Below are positions 1 to 9,036 of a stretch of 64,000 nucleotides of DNA, in pieces. Every line of letters starts with the position of its first letter. The first letter of the stretch is position 1. This DNA comes from an uncultured Desulfatitalea sp. (GTDB taxonomy: Bacteria; Desulfobacterota; Desulfobacteria; Desulfobacterales; Desulfosarcinaceae), in assembly GCA_963668675.2 (NCBI GenBank), contig CAXXMB010000002.1, positions 1,120,001 through 1,184,000 on the forward strand. The letters run 5' to 3'. Under the pieces are notes generated by a model that saw only the letters and a program-made list of their open reading frames with translations, was not told the DNA's origin and ran no database searches. Made by a program: the position numbers and the translations under genes.

Positions 1-154
1 GGGCCCTGCCGGCGCTGCCGCGCGGGCACAAGCCGCCGGCCATGGCCGGCACATGGGGGTTACCCTGCAGAGAGACGATCCGACCATTCTCCACCCGAGC
101 CATGATCGGACAACGCACCGTACACATGCCGCAAATCGTATAAACGTTTTCCAT
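1..154 (-). CDS. Molybdopterin oxidoreductase catalytic subunit (DMSO reductase family), N-terminus; runs off window start
   Basis: Manual translation from ATG at 154 (AGGAG upstream): MENVYTICGMCTVRCPIMARVENGRIVSLQGNPHVPAMAGGLCPRGSAG. This is the CxxCxxxC...LCPRG FS0 [4Fe-4S] motif, with no Tat leader. Not in ORF track. Confidence 0.85.
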   Translation of the reverse strand, partial: MENVYTICGMCTVRCPIMARVENGRIVSLQGNPHVPAMAGGLCPRGSAGRA

Positions 155-174
155 TTGCACTCCTGGCGCCCTTT

Positions 175-807
175 TCAGGGGTTTAGATAAGGGGATGCCC
201 CCTGACATGCCCGGCACAGCTCGCCGTGTTTCAGGGGATAAGACTCGCCGCAACAGGTGCACAGGGCCCTGGTACCCACCGATGATTTGGTCAAGTAGCG
301 GGGATGAACACGGATCTTCTCCGTCTCCAGGATCTGCTCCCCGGCTTGCCGAATCTCGGCCAAAAGCCGCTGCGTGTCCTGTTCGGCCTTCTCCTTGCGT
401 TTGAAAAACCAACAGTCGATCGCTTGCCACCGCGACACCTTGCGGGGATGGAGGAAAACCCGAACCCCCTGGCCGCTCTGCTTGTCGTAGAGCGCCAGGG
501 CATAACGCCCCAGATCAAACACCTTGAGCCACCCATTGCCGACCGTGCAGGGAGTGAGCATCTGTAAGGCGTCGGGCAGGCAGTTGCCCGTCTCGGCAAT
601 GGCATCGAAAAGGCACCCGTCGGGCACCGCCCTCAGGCCAAGATCAACCATCTTGCCGGCGATAACCAATCCGGGTGCAGGATACCCGTGAAAAACAGTG
701 ATCCTTTCGAGAAAGTCGTCGAAGCTGCAAGATAGGCCTTTGGCGTCCCGGCACCACCTCTGGGAAGAGAAGTCAACCGGTACGGTCTGTATGGAATTAA
801 GAGTCAT
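175..807 (-). CDS. FmdE-family (formylmethanofuran dehydrogenase subunit E-like) protein
   Basis: FHGYPAPG, ETGNCLPDALQMLTPCTVGNG, and a C-terminal CxxC...CxxC zinc ribbon. Confidence 0.85.
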   Translation of the reverse strand: MTLNSIQTVPVDFSSQRWCRDAKGLSCSFDDFLERITVFHGYPAPGLVIAGKMVDLGLRAVPDGCLFDAIAETGNCLPDALQMLTPCTVGNGWLKVFDLGRYALALYDKQSGQGVRVFLHPRKVSRWQAIDCWFFKRKEKAEQDTQRLLAEIRQAGEQILETEKIRVHPRYLTKSSVGTRALCTCCGESYPLKHGELCRACQGASPYLNP

Positions 808-886
808 TTTTTGTCATTCTATATCTATACTTAAAATTATTTACCTCAAAAAATAACGAAAGTTCCTGATACCATACCGAGAAGTA

Positions 887-906
887 TTATGTCAATTTTG
901 ATATAA
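887..906. promoter_or_regulatory. Imperfect palindromic operator TTATGTCAATTTTGATATAA (ModE-like or PadR-like)
   Basis: Lies between the divergent fmdE-like and MoSto genes; near-identical to the perfect palindrome at 20649-20666. Confidence 0.55.
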
Positions 907-1028
907 GACCTCGTTCAATTATCTTTTTGACGAGTGCCGCTGGGTGATTAGATTGGCACCGAGTGTGTTTAAGCGCTTAGCCGTTTAATTTAATTGTCAA
1001 ACAAGGTGCGGTGTAAAAGGGGGAACAA

Positions 1029-1901
1029 ATGGGAAAACTGGTCAAGGAGGGATTTGAAAAAGGGAGACTCCACATCGATTCGCCGTTGATGGGCGAATCA
1101 TTGGTAAGCAAGAAACTGCTCGAACAGACCGAGTCCGAAACATACTTCCGGATGCATCCCGACATCAACGTGATCAAGATCGGCGGTCAAAGCATCATGG
1201 ACCGAGGCGGTAAAGCACTGTTGCCCATCCTCGACGCCCTGATCGAGGCCAAAGACGAACACAAGATACTGCTGATGACCGGCGGCGGCACCCGCGCACG
1301 GCACGTTTACAACATCGGGGTGGACCTCGGCATGCCCACCGGCGTGCTCTCCAAACTGGGTGACAAGGTCTCCTGGCAGAACGCGGAGATGTTGTCGGTG
1401 CTGCTGGCCAAACACGGCGGTGTAAAGATCGGTCACGGCGACAACCTGGAGCAGTTGACCATGTTCTGCCGGCTGGGTTACATGCCGATCACCTATGGCA
1501 TCCCACCCTACGGCTTCTTCGAACACCCGGCCGAACACGGCTCAATCCCGCCGCACCGGACCGATTGCGGCGCATTCCTTCTGGCAGAGAATATCGGCGC
1601 CCGCTCCCTGATTTTCCTCAAGGACGAGAGGGGGCTGTTCGACAGGGACCCCAAAAAAGTGCCCGAAGCCGAGCGAGAAAAACTGCCTTTCTTCGACCGT
1701 ATCTCGGCCCGCGAACTGATCGATCTGGACCTGGACGACCTTATCGTCGAGCGCCCGTTGCTGGCGCTCCTGCAGCGGGCCAAGTGCCTGAAAGAGTTTC
1801 AGATCATCGACGCGTTAAGGCACCCCGAGCATATACAGGCGGCCTTGAAAGGCGAACATGTCGGCACGATCATATACAAGGATGAAGGGGCGAATAAGTA
1901 G
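1029..1901 (+). CDS. Molybdenum storage protein (MoSto, MosA/MosB-like; amino-acid-kinase fold)
   Basis: VIKIGGQSIMDRG, TGGGTRARH, GIPPY...IPPHRTDCGAFLLAE, KDERGLF, ALKGEHVGTII match recalled Azotobacter MosA/MosB; Mo-rich context. Confidence 0.85.
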   Translation: MGKLVKEGFEKGRLHIDSPLMGESLVSKKLLEQTESETYFRMHPDINVIKIGGQSIMDRGGKALLPILDALIEAKDEHKILLMTGGGTRARHVYNIGVDLGMPTGVLSKLGDKVSWQNAEMLSVLLAKHGGVKIGHGDNLEQLTMFCRLGYMPITYGIPPYGFFEHPAEHGSIPPHRTDCGAFLLAENIGARSLIFLKDERGLFDRDPKKVPEAEREKLPFFDRISARELIDLDLDDLIVERPLLALLQRAKCLKEFQIIDALRHPEHIQAALKGEHVGTIIYKDEGANK

Positions 1902-1970
1902 GCGTAGCGCAAACAGGCTCTCCGAAGCAGACCAACGGGAATAACAGGTCATGGGGTTGCGAATGGGCGG

Positions 1971-2189
1971 TCAGGCCTCTTGGCCGCCGCCCGTCTTATC
2001 ACCTTTGCCGGCCTCCAGGTAAACCACCTCAGCTCCGGTTTCGGCACTGATCTGGTCCAACTCTTTCTTTCGCATGTGCTTTACATACACCTTGACGTCC
2101 GAACCACCGACACCGACCACACGAAACCTCGGTTTCTTCTCGCCTTTCTCGATTTTCCGACGTTCGCGGACAAATATTTTTGTTGCCAT
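1971..2189 (-). CDS. Small basic hypothetical protein (72 aa)
   Basis: GAGGAGG RBS upstream; MATKIFVRERRK...; divergent from PadR. Confidence 0.65.
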   Translation of the reverse strand: MATKIFVRERRKIEKGEKKPRFRVVGVGGSDVKVYVKHMRKKELDQISAETGAEVVYLEAGKGDKTGGGQEA

Positions 2190-2263
2190 GGCGACCACGC
2201 CTCCTCTAATATAGTTGCGTTTGGTTTATATAACTTTTTAACATATATATCCTTGAAGGATCT

Positions 2264-2641
2264 ATGTCAAGCAAGACAACCCACAAACGCCGTCCGGGGT
2301 CGAAAAAAGCCGAACGCTATATACAGCCTTCGATCCTGTTGGCTTTGAAAAAGAGGCCCTCCTATGGTTATGAACTGATTCAGGGGATCTCCCGCTTCGG
2401 CTTTGTCGAGGGAGAGGCGCCGCCCGGCATGATCTATCGCCATCTAAGGGAACTCGAAGAGAACGGGCTGGTATCTTCCCAGTGGCAAACCGACGGCAGT
2501 GGCCCTGCCAAGCGGGTCTACCAACTCACACCGGAAGGAATAGAGGTGTTGGCGTTCTGGATCGGCTACATGCAGAACCAGGCGGATAAGCTCTTGCGGT
2601 TTGTGGCGATGTCTCGTCAGATCACCGAAGAGAAGGAGTGA
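2264..2641 (+). CDS. PadR-family transcriptional regulator
   Basis: ILLAL...SYGYEL...GMIYRHLRELEENGLV...GPAKRVYQLTPEG. Confidence 0.9.
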   Translation: MSSKTTHKRRPGSKKAERYIQPSILLALKKRPSYGYELIQGISRFGFVEGEAPPGMIYRHLRELEENGLVSSQWQTDGSGPAKRVYQLTPEGIEVLAFWIGYMQNQADKLLRFVAMSRQITEEKE

Positions 2642-2662
2642 CGCTCAGACCATAACGGCAGC

Positions 2663-3397
2663 CTATGCTGCTGACTGAGCCGGCTTTTTGCGCTTATGGT
2701 AGATGTTCTCCCACACCGCCGGCGCTTTGGGTTGGACCAGCAGCACCGGCCGATGCCCCATCAGGCGAGGGCGTAGCCATCCGTTGGTGATGACGGTGTC
2801 ACCAGGTGCCGGGATCCTCGTGTCCCGATCGGTCGACACAACCTCCACACCGCCGCTCCTGATCTCGGAAACGGTCGTCTGCCCGGGCCAATCGCGCAGC
2901 CGGTCCAACTCGATATATCGTCCTGACCACCCGGACATGGTCAACCCCACCGCCGCCACAGCCCCGATGATGCCGTCATTGGTCCCACCATGACCGGAGA
3001 GGTGCACCTTCCCGGCAACCTGTAGCGCCTCTCGCTGGCTCGATACGGCATGGGTGCAGTAGTGGCCATAAGCAACGATCTCATCCAGGGACGAATCGCG
3101 CTCCGTTACGACACACAATCCGGGATCGCTCCCCGGAATGGCGTAGGTGTCGATATGGGAAGCAGCGCTTTCAATCGATCTGTCGAGCAGCGCCCCATCC
3201 ACCATCTCCACGATCATACAGGCCGAACTGTTGTGAGATGTATAAGGGATGTCATCGCTCAGGAAAAGCTGTTGGCGCACAACCCCCACACATTCACATC
3301 CCCCGGGAAGCGCCTTTTGAAACCACCGGACCAGTTTCCCCGTCCCGTAAGGTGAATCGTGGTGGTCCGTATCATCAAATCCGAAATAGACTTTCAT
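2663..3397 (-). CDS. Uncharacterised DDTD-motif protein (TiaS N-terminal / methanogenesis marker 11-like fold)
   Basis: Start reassigned to MKVYFGFDDTD; RQQL...IPYTSHNSSAC, SDPGLC, GGTNDGIIGAVAAVGL. Confidence 0.65.
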   Translation of the reverse strand: MKVYFGFDDTDHHDSPYGTGKLVRWFQKALPGGCECVGVVRQQLFLSDDIPYTSHNSSACMIVEMVDGALLDRSIESAASHIDTYAIPGSDPGLCVVTERDSSLDEIVAYGHYCTHAVSSQREALQVAGKVHLSGHGGTNDGIIGAVAAVGLTMSGWSGRYIELDRLRDWPGQTTVSEIRSGGVEVVSTDRDTRIPAPGDTVITNGWLRPRLMGHRPVLLVQPKAPAVWENIYHKRKKPAQSAA

Positions 3398-3641
3398 GTT
3401 CCCTATCCGTGGCTGATCAATTCGTGTAGAAGTCCCAGCGTTTCGCAAGAACCAGCTTAAAAAGCACAACTGCGATGCACCCCTAATGAAAAGCATCGAC
3501 TATTGTCAACACCATTTTAACCGCAACCTTCGGCCTTGCTCTTCGGACGGTTTAAACGTATATCCATCATACTGGAAAACATATCATTTGGTTTCGCATC
3601 CAAACCGGCCCATCTCCCAACTATCGAAGACGAAGGGGACA

Positions 3642-4841
3642 ATGACTTCACACTTCAAATTCGACCGCAATGAATTGGCCGGGTCCCTGGGAGACCTCGG
3701 CACCCTGCTGCCCATCGCCATCGCCATGGTGCTGCTCAACGGCCTCGATCCATTGGGGCTCTTTCTGAGCATCGGCCTGTTCTATATCCTCTCGGGCATC
3801 TATTTCGGTGTAACCGCACCCGTTCAGCCGATGAAAGTCATCGGCGCCTATGCCATCGCCACCGCCATGGCCCCTTCCGAAATCCTCGCCTCCACGCTTC
3901 TCATGGGAGTTCTTCTTCTGATAATCGGACTAACAGGCGCCATAGAGCTCATTCGCAAATACACACCCAAGGCGGTCATCCGCGGCGTACAGCTCTCCAC
4001 CGGCGCCCTGCTGATCGCAGGCGGCATAAAGTTCCTCATCGGAACATCGAAATTCCAGGAGCTGCAGCAGGCAGCCGAACCCTACCTCACCGTTCAGGCA
4101 CTGGGCCCCATTCCGGTGGGCATCATCATCGGGGTGATCGGCGGCATAGCAACCCTTTTGCTACTCGACAACAAAAAATTCCCCGCGGGTCTGATCGTTG
4201 TTCTCGGCGGGGTGATCACCGGACTGCTGCTCGGCGCCCGGATCGATTTAGGGCCGGGCGTCATCGGATTCAACCTGCCTGAGATTTTCCCCCTGCCCCT
4301 TCCAAAAAGGGCCGACTTCACCTTTGCCCTCTTCGCTCTCGTGCTGCCCCAACTCCCGATGACCCTGGGCAATGCCGTCCTGGCCTATACGGATCTCTCC
4401 AAAACCTACTTCGGCGGCCAATCCTCAAAGGTGTCCAATCGAAAGGTCTGCGTCAGCATGGCCCTTGCCAATTTCCTCAGTTTCTGTCTGGGAGGCATGC
4501 CCCTTTGCCACGGCGCGGGAGGGCTGGCGGCCCACTATCGGTTCGGCGCGCGCACGGCCGGCTCCAACGTGATGATCGGCGCCATCTTTGCGGCCCTGGC
4601 CTTGCTGCTGGGCGACCATATCATCAACCTCTTCAACCTGCTGCCCATGTCGATCCTGGGCATCCTGTTGATCTTCGCAGGCTCGCAGCTGGCCATGACG
4701 ATCATGGATTTGGAAGGCAGGAAAGAGTACTTCGTCGTGACACTGATGCTCGGCATCACCCTGGCGTCCAACCTGGCCGCCGGCTTTGTCATCGGCATCG
4801 TTGTCGCACATCTGTTAAGATGGAAACGGTTGTCTGTTTAG
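3642..4841 (+). CDS. MOT1-family molybdate/sulfate transporter
   Basis: ELAGSLGDLGTLLP, PVQPMK, GGMPLCHGAGGLAAHYRFGART; multiple TM helices; start after GAAGGGG. Confidence 0.88.
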   Translation: MTSHFKFDRNELAGSLGDLGTLLPIAIAMVLLNGLDPLGLFLSIGLFYILSGIYFGVTAPVQPMKVIGAYAIATAMAPSEILASTLLMGVLLLIIGLTGAIELIRKYTPKAVIRGVQLSTGALLIAGGIKFLIGTSKFQELQQAAEPYLTVQALGPIPVGIIIGVIGGIATLLLLDNKKFPAGLIVVLGGVITGLLLGARIDLGPGVIGFNLPEIFPLPLPKRADFTFALFALVLPQLPMTLGNAVLAYTDLSKTYFGGQSSKVSNRKVCVSMALANFLSFCLGGMPLCHGAGGLAAHYRFGARTAGSNVMIGAIFAALALLLGDHIINLFNLLPMSILGILLIFAGSQLAMTIMDLEGRKEYFVVTLMLGITLASNLAAGFVIGIVVAHLLRWKRLSV

Positions 4842-4881
4842 CCGCAATGCCACTTACAACAACGAATATGAGAGCGTTTTC

Positions 4882-5328
4882 TCACTTTCGTTCATGTTTG
4901 GCTGCAACCAACGCTTCACAGATTTCCATATCTTTTGTGTAAATAAGATTCTTAGCCAGCGCACTGACACCACTAACATTCCGACAGTATATATAGCCTG
5001 CATTTTCCGCTCGATATTGAAGCCAGAAAGACGCTAAAAAACCAGCTGATAAAAGAGCGGCGACAAAAAAAACAAGGCCTAAATTAACTATTTTATGAAC
5101 TTTTTTGCTTAGTGGCGGAAACAAATTTTCTATATACACAAGAAGATGAATGAGCGGCAATCCAATACAAACGATAAAAAAGCCCGCCCTACTATTAAAT
5201 TCTACAATTTCGGCTTGTTTGGAAATATTTGTCAGGGCCATATTGAATCCTTGATGTCCCAGCCAAAGCAGCCCTAAGAAAAATATATCTCCTACCAAAA
5301 AAATTGCGTGAGAAAGCTTTCTATTCAT
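4882..5328 (-). CDS. DUF1240-like three-TM membrane protein (Tmi-like immunity protein)
   Basis: AT-rich; three hydrophobic segments followed by AGYIYC...LIYTKDMEIC. Confidence 0.6.
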   Translation of the reverse strand: MNRKLSHAIFLVGDIFFLGLLWLGHQGFNMALTNISKQAEIVEFNSRAGFFIVCIGLPLIHLLVYIENLFPPLSKKVHKIVNLGLVFFVAALLSAGFLASFWLQYRAENAGYIYCRNVSGVSALAKNLIYTKDMEICEALVAAKHERK

Positions 5329-5374
5329 TTGTTCATTTCTCTTAACTGATTTTCATCAGTTCTGATAGTAACAA

Positions 5375-5889
5375 TTACCGGTGCAATGGCGCACGCAATC
5401 CACCTGATTTCAGGATATAATAAAACCCTTCATATAGTGACCGCTGAGTATTATAAAGTGCTTGTCCTGCAGCGTTTTCTACTTGATCACTCAAATCTTC
5501 TAGTACTGCGGCACAGTAATACAAAGGGTAATCAGGCCACCGTTTCTGACCATCCTTCTGATCCCCAGCGCACCGATGGCCATATTGATGATTTTTTGGT
5601 TCCGAAGCGAATAGAGGGTCCCCGGCAGTTGAGTACGCAGACCTGGATAACCAGAAAATGCAATGTATTGCCGGTTGTTGATCACCTTGGGAATGGCTGT
5701 GCCGGTCATTCCCAGGTCTTTGCAGACCAACGCAAGCGTTGCCATATCCGTTATGGGTGACGGCCATGGCGCGAGGTTTCTTTTGGCGAAGGTGACCGCC
5801 TCCAGCGCGTCGAGATCGGGGACCGAAATTTCCCAGCGCGCGCCGTGGCCGTGGCAATCAATGGTTGAATATCCGCTTGCCGGCTTCAC
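5375..5889 (-). pseudogene. Disrupted Tme-like membrane-disrupting effector (internal deletion/frameshift near 5509)
   Basis: One frame reads YIAFSGYPGLRTQLPGTLYSLRNQKIINMAIGALG...GGLITLCITVP then stops; another frame continues AVLEDLSDQVENAAGQALY...; immediately upstream of the DUF1240-like gene. Confidence 0.5.
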
Positions 5890-5918
5890 TTTAAACTTTC
5901 CACCTTCTACTTTAAACT
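5888..5918. repeat. Degenerate heptamer tandem repeat ACTTTAA-ACTTTCC-ACCTTCT-ACTTTAA-ACT
   Basis: Read directly; 7-bp period. Confidence 0.7.
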
Positions 5919-6554
5919 CCCGGAGAAGCCGGAAAGAACATTCATCGCCTGCACCCGGATACCGGCTGCATCCATGCGGATCACGTTCAACGCCGCATAG
6001 TCCTGCCCGATGCGGAAGAGATGATGGATGGGCATGCCGAGCAGATGACAGAGCAGCACCCGGTTGACCCCGGCATGTCCAACGATCAGTATGCTGCCGT
6101 TATGCTCGGCCACGACCTTTTCAAAATGAGGCACGACCCTTGCCTGAAGATCGCCGAACGACTCGCCCGACGGCGGCCGGAAACCACCCGGATCGCGGCC
6201 CCGCAACTTATAATCCTGGTATTGTGCGCCGCGAACCGTCTCGAAAAGAAGCCCCTCCCAGGCGCCCAGATCCACCTCACGCAATTGCACCATGGGCGTG
6301 ACATCCAAAGCGTGCCCCCTGGCAACGATACGCGCCGTCTGCTCCGAACGCTGCAGATCACTGCAAAACACAGACGCCAAATCGACGGCATCGAAGAAGA
6401 CCTGCCACTGCTCGGCCTGACGGATCCCAGCAGGGCTCAAGGGCAGATCGGTCTGGCCAATGTAGCGCCGACCTCCCGACTCATGGAGAAGTTCCCCGTG
6501 GCGCAGCAGATAGATGGTCAGGTGGTCCGACCTCTTCTTCTCCTTCTCACCCAT
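5907..6554 (-). CDS. Histidine phosphatase family protein (CobC/PGM-like)
   Basis: IYLLRHGE, SDLQRS, LREVDLGAWEG, GES, VGHAGVNR; start overlaps upstream stop. Confidence 0.9.
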   Translation of the reverse strand: MGEKEKKRSDHLTIYLLRHGELLHESGGRRYIGQTDLPLSPAGIRQAEQWQVFFDAVDLASVFCSDLQRSEQTARIVARGHALDVTPMVQLREVDLGAWEGLLFETVRGAQYQDYKLRGRDPGGFRPPSGESFGDLQARVVPHFEKVVAEHNGSILIVGHAGVNRVLLCHLLGMPIHHLFRIGQDYAALNVIRMDAAGIRVQAMNVLSGFSGSLK

Positions 6555-7698
6555 CGCCAGATTTCCCATCGATATCGATGCCCGATAGAATGGCATCTAC
6601 TGTTTGACCGCATATTTTCTCAATGGCGACTTGGAGCCTCTTGGCCGCATCTCTTCGCTTCTCTATCGCCGCTATAGCCGCGGCATCCTTTCCATACTTG
6701 ACCAACTTGCGCTCAAAACGCTCGTCAAGATTGGCCAAACGGTGGCCGACAACCAGTTTGTCCGCAAAATAGAGCACGCTGGCTTCGTCCACAGATGGAT
6801 CCGGCCCTACCGCCATATCCATGTGTACCCTTACCAACCCCGCAAGTCGGGAGAAATCGAGATCCTCCAAAAGCTTCGCACCGGCCAGTGCGTGGCCAGG
6901 CATCTCTCGAGCGATGTCATGCACCAGCGCAGCAGAACGAACCAGATCAAGATCCAGAGCAAAACCCGCCTGCCGCAATGCCGTGGCCAACCTCACAGCC
7001 ACCGCCGCAACGGCGCGGCAGTGATGTTGAACCGCTCCCGGCACGTTATTAACCTGGGCCATCAGTGCATGACACTCATCCACCGTGGGAATATCCTCGC
7101 TCAGAAGACGCGCCAACATCCTCCGGTAATCCGTTTCTGTATCCAGATCCCACAGGATGCCCTGGTCCGCCACCGCTACATCCCGCATCGACATATCCCA
7201 AGCCAACCAGCAACCCCGCAATCCACCCTCACCCGACCACTCCAATATCTCCGGTGCCAGCGCTGCAGGCACCAACGGCGGATGGCCGCGCCGGCCATCG
7301 AAACAGGGATGACAAATATCACCACCATACGCCGTGAACGCTTCAACAAGAGCAGTCACCGTACTTCTTCGCACCAAGGGAACGTCAACGGGATGCACGA
7401 AGAATCCACGACACCCCTCGGGAAGAGCACAGATACCCGCCTGAATCGAAGAGAACATCCCCTCTTCGAACCTCCAGTTCACCACAGAGCGAACACCATG
7501 CGGTCCAAGGGCCGCCTTCACCTCCTCTGCCCTGTGCCCGAGGACGACACAACTATCTTCGACACCTGCATCCCGGTAGAGCCCCACCACCCGCTCGACC
7601 ACCGTCGTATCCCCCAGAGGCAGCAACGGCTTGAAGCGACCCATGCGGCTGGACAGACCTGCGGCCAGGATGATGGCTGTTAAGCGGTCAGTTGTCAT
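6547..7698 (-). CDS. MocA-like nucleotidyltransferase fused to HD domain (DVU_1551-like)
   Basis: AIILAAGLSSRMGRFKPLL, GMFSSI, PVDVP, GHPPL, DLDT; C-terminal H...HDIAR...H...ADK. Confidence 0.88.
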   Translation of the reverse strand: MTTDRLTAIILAAGLSSRMGRFKPLLPLGDTTVVERVVGLYRDAGVEDSCVVLGHRAEEVKAALGPHGVRSVVNWRFEEGMFSSIQAGICALPEGCRGFFVHPVDVPLVRRSTVTALVEAFTAYGGDICHPCFDGRRGHPPLVPAALAPEILEWSGEGGLRGCWLAWDMSMRDVAVADQGILWDLDTETDYRRMLARLLSEDIPTVDECHALMAQVNNVPGAVQHHCRAVAAVAVRLATALRQAGFALDLDLVRSAALVHDIAREMPGHALAGAKLLEDLDFSRLAGLVRVHMDMAVGPDPSVDEASVLYFADKLVVGHRLANLDERFERKLVKYGKDAAAIAAIEKRRDAAKRLQVAIEKICGQTVDAILSGIDIDGKSGDG

Positions 7699-7739
7699 GT
7701 GTTGTTCATACTCAATTTTCAGCAATAGATCTTGCAGGA

Positions 7740-7932
7740 GGTGATGCGGACAGGGTGTGGAAGTGCCCCGTGCCTTCAGCAAATGGTTTTACTGCCGCTT
7801 AGATGCAGCGGAGGAAAAGCGGTCCGCACTGTCTGAGCACAGCGAGTTTGCGGACCACCCGGAGCTTCATCTTAGCGACAGTCAAACCATGAAGCACAGC
7901 ATGGAGCAGTTCCACACCCTGTCCGCATCACC
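7740..7932. repeat. 193-bp palindromic MITE/REP-like element
   Basis: Perfect 23-bp terminal inverted repeats GGTGATGCGGACAGGGTGTGGAA (7740-7762 / 7910-7932); nested imperfect arms ATGGTTTTACTGCCGCTTAGATGCAGC / GCTTCATCTTAGCGACAGTCAAACCAT and GGTCCGCA/TGCGGACC. Confidence 0.8.
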
Positions 7933-7995
7933 GGCGCACCCGCACTTATGTCTGCATCCTTCCGCCCAATCAAACGACTCTTCCGAAACATTCGA

Positions 7996-9036
7996 TCACC
8001 GATTCTTCACTTCGATCATCTCGGCAACAATACTCACCGCAATCTCAGCCGGCGTCTCCGCCCCAATGTTCAACCCAATCGGTGAGTGGACCCGCTTCAA
8101 GTCATCTTCCCCAAACCCCTCTTTTCGAAGTCTCTTATAGATAGCATCCCGTTTGCGCCGGCTGCCGATCATGCCGATATAGCCAGCTTCTGTACGCAAC
8201 GCACCTGCCAGCACCGACTTGTCGTAGAGATGACCGCGCGTGACAATGACGACAAAGCTGTCCCGATCCACCCGCACCCCCCGAAACGGATCATCGAGAT
8301 CAGGGAGAACCCGCACCTCTTGGGCATCGGGAAACCGCTGTCGGTTGGCATACGCATCGCGATCATCCAGCACCACCACCTGAAACCCCGCCAGATGCGC
8401 CAGATGAGCAGTGGGCTGAGCCACATGGCCCGCACCCACCACAAAAGCGATCCTGGGCTTGCAGATCGGCTCCACAATCACATAGAGCCCCTCCACCTCT
8501 ACGATCGTCATGACCCTGGCCGAGCGCCCCTTCTGCACCAGCGGTGCGATGGCATCCTTGCTCAAAGGAAGCTGACCCCAAACGCGACCATCGGCATGAA
8601 CCAGCCCGTGGTGGACCTTCTCAACCCTCCCCTGCTTGCGCTCAACGGCAATCAAGAAGCCCCCCTCCTCACCCCCGGCCCTCATCTGCCGCCAGCCATC
8701 GAACAGGGCGACATGCTCGGGCGAAGGCGCCAGCGGATCGAGCAATATCTCCAGGCCGCCGCCGCAAATCATATCCATACTGGCCATTTCGGCCTGCCCC
8801 AGATCGAAAGTTTCAAAACGGGCCCTGCCGCCGGTCAGCAACCCAAGACACTGCTCGATCACCCGGGCCTCCATCACGCCGCCGCCAATGGTCCCGAAAT
8901 GCGTCCCGCCACCGGTCACCACCATCTGGGTGCCGGCCGTACGCGGCGTAGAGCCCTGTTGGCTGATGATCTTGGCCAGGACCAGAGGCTCCCCCCGGGA
9001 GAGGCATTCATAGGCTGTTTCGGCAATATCGGTCAT
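7996..9036 (-). CDS. XdhC/CoxI-family molybdoenzyme maturation factor
   Basis: GSTPRTAG, GTIGGG, MICGG, GAGHVA, VTRGH, YIGMIGSRRK, PIGLNIGAETPAEIAVSI. Confidence 0.92.
   Translation of the reverse strand: MTDIAETAYECLSRGEPLVLAKIISQQGSTPRTAGTQMVVTGGGTHFGTIGGGVMEARVIEQCLGLLTGGRARFETFDLGQAEMASMDMICGGGLEILLDPLAPSPEHVALFDGWRQMRAGGEEGGFLIAVERKQGRVEKVHHGLVHADGRVWGQLPLSKDAIAPLVQKGRSARVMTIVEVEGLYVIVEPICKPRIAFVVGAGHVAQPTAHLAHLAGFQVVVLDDRDAYANRQRFPDAQEVRVLPDLDDPFRGVRVDRDSFVVIVTRGHLYDKSVLAGALRTEAGYIGMIGSRRKRDAIYKRLRKEGFGEDDLKRVHSPIGLNIGAETPAEIAVSIVAEMIEVKNR

Noticed and set aside
1029..1901. Uridylate kinase (pyrH) call
   Set aside because: Shares the fold only; motifs and context fit MoSto, and it is not in a tsf-pyrH-frr context
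7880..7998. Selenocysteine read-through of the xdhC TGA into a Cys-rich tail
   Set aside because: XdhC ends at its normal C-terminus; the extension runs into the repeat element, and no SECIS-like hairpin is evident right after the TGA
7757..8140. 127-aa plus-strand ORF
   Set aside because: Spans the palindromic element and the antisense of xdhC
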